The notes below the pieces were generated by a model, which did not search any database, was not told where the DNA came from, and saw nothing but the letters and a program-made list of their open reading frames with translations. The translations under genes and the position numbers were made by a program. This document shows, piece by piece, positions 57,402 through 64,000 of a DNA stretch of 64,000 bases. The DNA comes from Paenibacillaceae bacterium. GTDB taxonomy: Bacteria; Bacillota; Bacilli; Paenibacillales; NBRC-103111. The stretch lies in the NCBI GenBank assembly GCA_029256185.1, contig JAQSYI010000003.1, positions 202,409 through 266,408 on the forward strand, given 5' to 3'. Numbering within the stretch: the stretch's first letter is position 1; each line of letters starts with the position of its first letter.

Positions 57402-58370
57402 CTATCGTCCTTTCGCATTCATATTCTCGTAATACACCCAAGCGCCGGACGAGCGGAATACAAGCGCCGCAAATCCTGCAATAATGGCAAACAGCACCCA
57501 GGAGATGGCAGCGGCATAGCCGAATTGGAAATCCACGAATGCCGCCTTGTACAGCTTCAAAAATATAAAGTAGGTGGCGCCGTTAGGGTTGCCCCAGGAC
57601 CGGATATCGTTGTTGTTGCTGGTCATCACATAAGCCTGGTCAAAAGCCTGGAGATTGGCGATAATGCTCATGATCAGATTGTACAGGATAATCGGCGAAA
57701 TCATCGGCATGGTGATACGGGTGAATCTCACCCAACGGTTGGCTCCATCTATTTCCGCCGCTTCATACAGATTGCTCGGGACCCCTTGAAGCGCCCCCAG
57801 ATAGAGAATGATTCCCGTTCCCGCCATAAAGCAGTTCATGATTACGAAGCTGGGAATAACGGTCGCTTCATTCTCCAGCCAATGAAGCGAAGGAACTCCG
57901 AATACCGACAACGCTTTGTTCAGAATGCCGCTTTCGGCAAAGATCAGTCTCCATAGCACAGCGCTGGCCACACCGGGAATTACCGCCGGCAGATAGAAGA
58001 GGGTCCTCCACAGAGGCAGTCCCTTCACCTTCTGGTTCAGCAGCACGGCAAAGAATAACGCTGTACACAAGGTTGCGGGAACGTTCAGCAGGGCATACCG
58101 GAAGGTGACCAGGATGGATTTCCAGGTCTCCGGGTCCCGCAGCAGCAGATCGGCAAAATTGCTTGTTCCCACCCACTCCGGCGCGCTCAGCACATCATAC
58201 CTGGTCAACGCGTAATACATGGACATGAAGAACGGCCGGATAAAAAACAGGGAACAGCCCACAACCCAGGGAAGAATGAACAGAATACCGGCCAGCGCTT
58301 CCTTTTGGGACATGCTCCATCTCAGTCTCCGGATTCCGGACCGGTATGTTTTATTTGCTTGCGGCATCAT
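57402..58370 (-). CDS. Carbohydrate ABC permease (MalF-type)
   Basis: FILPWVVG, RTLFYLP and EAA motif LYEAAEIDGAN. Confidence 0.92.
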   Translation of the reverse strand: MMPQANKTYRSGIRRLRWSMSQKEALAGILFILPWVVGCSLFFIRPFFMSMYYALTRYDVLSAPEWVGTSNFADLLLRDPETWKSILVTFRYALLNVPATLCTALFFAVLLNQKVKGLPLWRTLFYLPAVIPGVASAVLWRLIFAESGILNKALSVFGVPSLHWLENEATVIPSFVIMNCFMAGTGIILYLGALQGVPSNLYEAAEIDGANRWVRFTRITMPMISPIILYNLIMSIIANLQAFDQAYVMTSNNNDIRSWGNPNGATYFIFLKLYKAAFVDFQFGYAAAISWVLFAIIAGFAALVFRSSGAWVYYENMNAKGR

Positions 58371-59865
58371 ATTTGGTCCAGGCTTCCTTGTAGTCGTTAT
58401 ACTGCTGCTCGAACAGCGGCGGAATAATATCCTTGTAGTTCAGCTTGCCCTTGCGCAGGTCCGGAATCTGCGCGTTCAATTTCTCCAGCGGCTTCTGTCC
58501 TGCCGGATACTGCTTCAGCATTTCCTGCGGCGGCTGTTGAACCGGCAGAGAGCCTTCCTTGATCAGATGCTCCCCCAGCTCGATCATAATCTGCGCATTG
58601 ATCTCTCCCACCTGCTGCTTCAGCTTCGCCAGGGCTGCATTGTCGGTGAAGGAGGGCAGTGTTCCGACGGAGGACAGATCATAATTGGCACTTTCATATT
58701 CAGGTGAGTGGAGGAATTTCACGAATTCCCAAGCCGCTTTCGGATAGGGTGTTGCGGCGAAAATTTTGGGACCTTGACCGGTGAAGCCGTGAACCCTGAA
58801 TTGATCCTCCATTCCTTCCTTGTGGGGATACATGGTGAAGGCGTATTCAATTGGCTTTTTTCCCGCCTTTTCCCGCTCGGGGTTGGCCTTGGCATCGAAA
58901 TAATCGAAGGCCCACGAGCCCATGCGGCGGATGACCACCTTCTCATTCTCGATATTGATGCCGTCCGCCTTCACATCCACATCAGGATGGGGAGCCACCT
59001 TATGCACCAGCGCCAGATCGCTCATGAATTGCAGCGCTTCTATTGCCTCCGGCTTCACAAAGTTGATGCCCGGCGCCATCATTCTGCCGTTCTCGATCAG
59101 ATCGGTATAGACCCCCACCGATGCCGCCCAGTCCGTCCGTCCCCAGCCGAAATTGTCATCCGTCCCGTAAATATCCGTTTTGCCATCTCCATTGGTATCC
59201 ACAGTGGCCTTCTTCAGAAGCTCCGCGTAGTTGTTCCAAGTCCAGTTCTTGTAGCTGGGATCATCGAAGGACTTGGGGATCTGGTCGTAAATCCCGTATT
59301 TCTTGGCCAGTTCCACGTTATACCAGAGTCCGTACACAACGCTTCCCGTAGGCAAATAATAAATTTGTCCATTATAAGGAAGATATTGGAATATATCCTT
59401 CTGTGCCCAGGGCCAGTTCTTGAGCCCGTCCCGCTCAATCCAATCATTGTAGGACAAAAACACCTTCTTGTCATAAAATTGATTGTAGCCGTCACCTCCA
59501 AGATCAAGCACGGAGATGTCGGCCGTCTGCTTGGCTGCCACCTTGGACAGCATGAATTGACGCAGCTCGTTATCCTTCAGACCTACCTCCTCCACCTCTA
59601 CCTTAATGCCGAACTTCTTCTCGAATTCCTGCGCCGGTTTATCCAGAACCGACTTGGAGCCCCAGACCTTTAAGGAGGCTCCCTTCTCCACTAGCTCCTT
59701 CGCTTCCCCTGCAGCCGATGCCGCAGGAGCGCTTGCTGCAGCCGTGCCTGCCGGGCTTGGCTCACTGCCGCTCTTGTCGCTGCTGCACCCTCCCAGCACC
59801 AATCCTGAGATCAGAACAGACGCTGTCAACCATTGAACCGTTTTCATTTTTGACGGATATCGCAT
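58351..59865 (-). CDS. Carbohydrate ABC solute-binding lipoprotein
   Basis: Lipobox LGGC and Ala-rich linker; LWYNVELAKKYG, WTWNNY and KAAWEFVKFL. Confidence 0.92.
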   Translation of the reverse strand: MRYPSKMKTVQWLTASVLISGLVLGGCSSDKSGSEPSPAGTAAASAPAASAAGEAKELVEKGASLKVWGSKSVLDKPAQEFEKKFGIKVEVEEVGLKDNELRQFMLSKVAAKQTADISVLDLGGDGYNQFYDKKVFLSYNDWIERDGLKNWPWAQKDIFQYLPYNGQIYYLPTGSVVYGLWYNVELAKKYGIYDQIPKSFDDPSYKNWTWNNYAELLKKATVDTNGDGKTDIYGTDDNFGWGRTDWAASVGVYTDLIENGRMMAPGINFVKPEAIEALQFMSDLALVHKVAPHPDVDVKADGINIENEKVVIRRMGSWAFDYFDAKANPEREKAGKKPIEYAFTMYPHKEGMEDQFRVHGFTGQGPKIFAATPYPKAAWEFVKFLHSPEYESANYDLSSVGTLPSFTDNAALAKLKQQVGEINAQIMIELGEHLIKEGSLPVQQPPQEMLKQYPAGQKPLEKLNAQIPDLRKGKLNYKDIIPPLFEQQYNDYKEAWTKYDAASK

Positions 59866-60087
59866 GCTTACCCTCCTTATTGTTTCTGCTTCTATGATAC
59901 CAGCAGCGCCTTTCGGACAGAATAGAGCATTTTAGTATTTCCTTTAAGATGTTGATGTGCCGGTGAAGCTGATCTGGTCTTGCTTCAAACCGCCGCGTAC
60001 CGGAAAAAGATTCAAACTTGAGGAATGATGTTACCAATATTGTGAACACTAGGTTAATAGCTAATAATTCTACAATGAGGTGATCCC

Positions 60088-60573
60088 ATGCTACATGAAA
60101 CCCAAGCAAACCGCGAAGCGTTGGAGACGATTCGTAAGCTGATCAAGGGCATCGATACCGCCATGCTGACTACCATTACGGAAGAAGGCATTGTTTCCCG
60201 CCCGATGAAAACCCAGGATGTGGAGTTTGACGGAGATATCTGGTTTTTGACCAAGAAGGATACCAGCAAATACCATGAGGTTCTACGCAACCCGAAGGTA
60301 AACGTATCGTATGCCGACAAATCCTATATCTCTATCCGCGGTACAGCTGAAATTGTAGAGAATCGTGCCAAGGTCAAGGAATTCTGGAATACTTTTTACG
60401 AAAAAATGCTGGAAACCTCCTGGGAGGACCCCAATGTGGTGCTGATTAAGGTTTCCGCCGAAACCGCGGAATACTGGGAATCCGGTAGTCTAATCAAGCA
60501 GGCCAAATTTATGTTTGAGTGGCTGACAGGTAAGGAAACCGACTCCAATCTTAACAATACCGTGCGCTTATAA
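60088..60573 (+). CDS. General stress protein 26 / YdaG-like FMN-binding split-barrel protein
   Basis: AMLTT...SRPM..Q..EFDGDIWF, VNVSY, DPNVVLIKV..AEYW. RBS GAGGTGA. Confidence 0.9.
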   Translation: MLHETQANREALETIRKLIKGIDTAMLTTITEEGIVSRPMKTQDVEFDGDIWFLTKKDTSKYHEVLRNPKVNVSYADKSYISIRGTAEIVENRAKVKEFWNTFYEKMLETSWEDPNVVLIKVSAETAEYWESGSLIKQAKFMFEWLTGKETDSNLNNTVRL

Positions 60574-60606
60574 CCATGGCAGGATGTGGCGGAATGACTC
60601 CAGAAC

Positions 60607-60646
60607 AAGCCGCCGGCAACGAAACCGTAACCGGCGGCTTTTTTTT
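60607..60646 (+). terminator. Rho-independent terminator
   Basis: AAGCCGCCGG ... CCGGCGGC-TTTTTTT. Confidence 0.85.
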
Positions 60647-60796
60647 ACCATTACCCTATGGCTTAACTGAAATCGTATGCGCGTATGGCATCAAGCTTCT
60701 GCCAGATGCTATCACTGCCGCGGCTGACTATCGCATTCGTGAAGCTGTTCCTTATGCAGCCTTTTATTTCCCTCTCATACTTTACAATAAAAACCG

Positions 60797-61948
60797 CTAT
60801 CCCTGTTTAGCTTTGCCAGAAGTAAAAAAGTAGATAATTCCTGCCAGGATGGGTAAGAAAGCAAACAACAAATACATAGAACCGTATCCCATTGAGGATG
60901 CGACTATTCCCGCAAGGATTGCACCAAATCCTATTCCGCCATCAAATCCCGTAAAAAAGGTGGCGTTAGCCGTACCAAGTCGATCTTTGGGCGCATAGAT
61001 AACGGCCAGAGTCTGCAGGCTTGACTGTACGGCTCCAAACCCTATGCCATACAACAGAGCTACGATCAAAAAGATCAGCATTGTGGATGCCTGGGACAAC
61101 GTGGCCATCGCTATAATCAGCAAGACCAAACCCAGATACATGGGGATATTAAATCCGAAGCGATCGACTAATCGCCCAAAAAGAGGTCTGGTTACCAGCA
61201 TCGCGCCAGCGTAAATTAAAAAAAACACGCCAATATTAGAAATGCCCTTTTCCAATGCATATAACGAAAGGAAACTGACTACGGAGCCATAGGCGGCTGA
61301 AACAAAAAACATAATGACTGCGGGCCGCATAGAAGAACGTTCAAACATGGCCATTTTTTTAATTGTTTTTTGCTGCGGCTCCACTGCACGATAGCGTAAG
61401 AAAAAGGACAAGATAAAGGCTATTGCTCCAAAGCCGGCAGACACAAGCATCAGCCCCGGGGCCTTGAGCCCGGCATATAAAGTAAGACCAAGCCCTGGAG
61501 CCAGCGCCATCGCCAAACCGGATGAAAGACTGAAAAAGCCCATGGCTTCTCCAAAGCGCTCTTTTGGAATGACGTCCGTTGCTACCGTATTACTTGCGGT
61601 ACCGGCAGCACCCCATCCAAACCCATGCAGAAAACGGATTGCCAGAATAATCCCCACATATGGAAACCACCAATAGGCCAAAGTCATGGCGATGATTACC
61701 CCAACACCGGTCAGAAGTATACCTTTGCGCCCTAATTTATCAACGGCAATACCGGAAACAGGACGGATCATAATCGCCGAAATTGTGGTAAGTCCGGTAA
61801 TCCATCCAATGATTGAATCAGCGCCGCCCAGAGATTTAACGTAAATCGGCAGTGTGGGTATAAGCATTTGAAATCCAAAAAAGATCATCAGGTTAATGAT
61901 GAGGATAGCCAGAAAATCTTTTGTCCATATTTTCGTTTTATTTTCCAT
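60797..61948 (-). CDS. 12-TM MFS transporter
   Basis: Motif A GIAVDKLGRK, RFLHGFGWG, PKERFGEA and second-half GRLVDRFG. Confidence 0.92.
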   Translation of the reverse strand: MENKTKIWTKDFLAILIINLMIFFGFQMLIPTLPIYVKSLGGADSIIGWITGLTTISAIMIRPVSGIAVDKLGRKGILLTGVGVIIAMTLAYWWFPYVGIILAIRFLHGFGWGAAGTASNTVATDVIPKERFGEAMGFFSLSSGLAMALAPGLGLTLYAGLKAPGLMLVSAGFGAIAFILSFFLRYRAVEPQQKTIKKMAMFERSSMRPAVIMFFVSAAYGSVVSFLSLYALEKGISNIGVFFLIYAGAMLVTRPLFGRLVDRFGFNIPMYLGLVLLIIAMATLSQASTMLIFLIVALLYGIGFGAVQSSLQTLAVIYAPKDRLGTANATFFTGFDGGIGFGAILAGIVASSMGYGSMYLLFAFLPILAGIIYFFTSGKAKQG

Positions 61949-61949
61949 G

Positions 61950-62426
61950 TTATTTTTCCCCTTGCAGTAATTCAGATGAAATGATTGCTTCCTCGGGGAT
62001 GTCTTCGTTTTCCTCTAAGACATTATGTAATATCATTCTTAGATACTCAGTCGTTTGTTCAACTTGCAACGGTGAAAGATTTCTTGTCGTAATTCGCACA
62101 ACATCCATGAAGGTCTCTTTCATCCGCTCGGATATCTGTTGGCCTTTTTCTGTGAGGTATAAACGATCAAATCGTTTGTCTTGTACATCCTTTTCTTTTC
62201 GGATATAGCCATGATCAATAAGATTTTTTACCGCCTTGGCCGTTGTGGACTTGCTGATATATAGCCATTCGCTTAATTCTTTTTGCGTTATTCCTTCTTT
62301 TAATGAAATAACGTAGAAAAAATCGTGTTGTCCACTCCGGATCGAAATTCCCTTCAGCTTATTATTTATTATCATCTGCAAATTTCGATGAATAGCCGCA
62401 TTCAGTTTCCCTATGCTTTCATGCAT
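61950..62426 (-). CDS. MarR-family transcriptional regulator
   Basis: ITQKELS...KSTTAKAVKNL...GYI.KEKD.QDKR...LYLTEKG. ATG at 62426 with RBS GGAGGG. Confidence 0.92.
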   Translation of the reverse strand: MHESIGKLNAAIHRNLQMIINNKLKGISIRSGQHDFFYVISLKEGITQKELSEWLYISKSTTAKAVKNLIDHGYIRKEKDVQDKRFDRLYLTEKGQQISERMKETFMDVVRITTRNLSPLQVEQTTEYLRMILHNVLEENEDIPEEAIISSELLQGEK

Positions 62427-62441
62427 AATAATCACCCTCCA

Positions 62442-62489
62442 TAAATTAGTTTCTATTGAAACTAATTTGATTATAATTCAAACTAGTTT
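62442..62489. promoter_or_regulatory. MarR operator palindromes flanking a -10 TATAAT
   Basis: AAATTAGTTT-N7-AAACTAATTT (62442-62468), minus-strand TATAAT at 62470-62475, and AAACTAGTTT (62480-62489). Confidence 0.7.
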
Positions 62490-62700
62490 CCTTTGCAACT
62501 ATTTATGGACATTATGATGTTGCATCCACTGCTTTTTTCTGCTGATTTTTTATGCATCCTCTGTCAACGATTTGCCTCTGCCGCCATGCTGCCTGCTCGG
62601 CTTCCGCATGACGCTCTGCTCATTGTGACTCGGATAGAACCTCACATCGCCAATTTAGCCCTATTTACTATCTTCAGTTGCCCACTCCTTCTCCTACCGC

Positions 62701-63498
62701 TCATTTCTTATAGGTAACGACATATTTTTTCCCAGCAATTTTTCCGATTATATAGAAGAGCTGCCCGATTGGTTTTTTATAAAAAGGGACTTGGACGGCA
62801 CTGTCATATACCCCCCTCTTCCTTGACTCCTCTGCCCAATGAACGCCGTCCTGCATTTCATATTCCGTACCTTTCACATATGAAAGAGACATACCTCTGA
62901 ATAAGTTATACGGAATAAGAAGCACACAGGAAGGACTGTGCAAGGTTCGTGAAGCAATATCGCTGCAGAATTTGCTTGTAATTTTATGAAGCTTTGCCGA
63001 TACTGCTTCGGTTATCTTATAATCATTCCAGCTATAAGTGGATACACTGAATCGGTAGCAGCGGTTAAACCCAATCCCTTTCAAGAATGATGCTATACTT
63101 TTTGCTGCCGCCTTGGCTCCAACCCCTCCGGTGGTCGTAATGACAAGTGCCTTGCTTTGAAAAAAGTATGGACGATGCAGCATAAAACAAAGATGATCAA
63201 ACAGATTCTTCAGCAATGCGGTTTCTCTCCTGTTATAAGTAGCGGATGCAAAGATGACGCCATCTGCCTTTGCTATCTTTTCAATTATTGCTGTCATTAT
63301 TCCACTGTGCGGGCATTTCTCGTGACCCAAGCGGAAACAGGCGCTACAACCCCGGCAAAAAGCCAGATTCAACTCCGCAAGATGAATAACAGCGAATTCT
63401 GCAAGGTTATCTTCTTGCTGAATGCACAATTTCGCTTGTTCAACGACTTTCCATGTATTGCCCTTATGAGGGCTTCCATTAATAATCAAATAATTCAT
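62701..63498 (-). CDS. Flavodoxin-like NADPH-dependent FMN reductase family protein
   Basis: IINGSPHKGNT, Cys motif CRGCSACF...C, ADGVIFAS and LVITTTGG. Start re-called at ATG 63498. Confidence 0.88.
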   Translation of the reverse strand: MNYLIINGSPHKGNTWKVVEQAKLCIQQEDNLAEFAVIHLAELNLAFCRGCSACFRLGHEKCPHSGIMTAIIEKIAKADGVIFASATYNRRETALLKNLFDHLCFMLHRPYFFQSKALVITTTGGVGAKAAAKSIASFLKGIGFNRCYRFSVSTYSWNDYKITEAVSAKLHKITSKFCSDIASRTLHSPSCVLLIPYNLFRGMSLSYVKGTEYEMQDGVHWAEESRKRGVYDSAVQVPFYKKPIGQLFYIIGKIAGKKYVVTYKK

Positions 63499-63499
63499 T

Positions 63500-64000
63500 T
63501 CACACAAACCTTTCTGCGATATCGTTAATAAAAAGGTCACGCTGCTCTTTGTCGTAAAAGTCTATGCCTAAACTATCCTTCAAGCAATCTTTCCTCAAAA
63601 AAGCTTCCTGTAAAACAGAGGTGATCATAAAGGCTTTGATTTTGTCCTCCCGTGTCATCTGGCCCTCCGACAAGGAGGATGCAAATCCCACCACGGTTTT
63701 CATCGTATTGTCCATTGAATGAGGCTGCTTTAAGTCACCCAGGATAGACATTTTTGATATTTGTTGATTATTCATAAGGAAGTCCATTACTTGTATGGCG
63801 ACACTCTTCGTAATTTCCAATTTACTCCTGTTTTCATTCAAGGCAGGACGAAAGGCGCTAATGACTCCGCTGATGATGGTTTGAACACAATTTTCGACCA
63901 GATTTTCCTTCGAACCAAAATAATGGTTGATTAGCCCGACACCACAATGAGCCTTCTCGGCAATTTTTCGAATCGTTATATTCTCGATCATTCCATCAGA
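63500..64000 (-). CDS. TetR-family regulator (5' end beyond the window)
   Basis: ITIRKIAEKAHCGVGLINHYFGSKENL HTH. The frame is open to the window edge. Confidence 0.88.
   Translation of the reverse strand, partial: SDGMIENITIRKIAEKAHCGVGLINHYFGSKENLVENCVQTIISGVISAFRPALNENRSKLEITKSVAIQVMDFLMNNQQISKMSILGDLKQPHSMDNTMKTVVGFASSLSEGQMTREDKIKAFMITSVLQEAFLRKDCLKDSLGIDFYDKEQRDLFINDIAERFV

Noticed and set aside
59880-59960. 21-bp-spaced activator site at the third SBP promoter
   Set aside because: A -10-like TATCAT is present but no convincing direct repeat could be aligned.

Overview
This is a 64-kb chromosomal window from a Paenibacillus-like Firmicute, inferred from gene content, lipoprotein/ABC/YesMN architecture and codon bias. 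Almost all genes are on the minus strand. (1) 0.4-7 kb: an OmpR-family response regulator/small intramembrane-type histidine kinase pair, plus an operon of a two-TM hypothetical protein, a DHA2 MFS exporter and a radical SAM/SPASM-like enzyme. The two operons share a 17/19-identical upstream direct-repeat box, and the gap between them is packed with palindromic repeats. (2) 7.5-8.8 kb: a COG0523 zinc metallochaperone with a Zur box. (3) 9-20.7 kb: a YesMN + ABC + GH94 phosphorylase locus linked to sugar-acid enzymes (YhcH/YiaL, Zn-dehydrogenase, YiaK). (4) 22-60 kb: a large polysaccharide-utilisation region. It holds two paralogous GH78-type rhamnosidases, a GH106-type enzyme, a secreted GH110-like beta-helix protein, a ~2035-aa secreted protein with two clan GH-A modules, a cytoplasmic heparinase II/III-like protein, two ABC importers and two YesMN pairs. 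Three of its promoters share a 21-bp-spaced direct-repeat operator. (5) 60-64 kb: a stress protein and a lower-GC MarR/MFS/flavodoxin/TetR block. No rRNA, tRNA, CRISPR array, transposase or integrase was recognised. All family assignments come from motif recognition by eye, not database searches.
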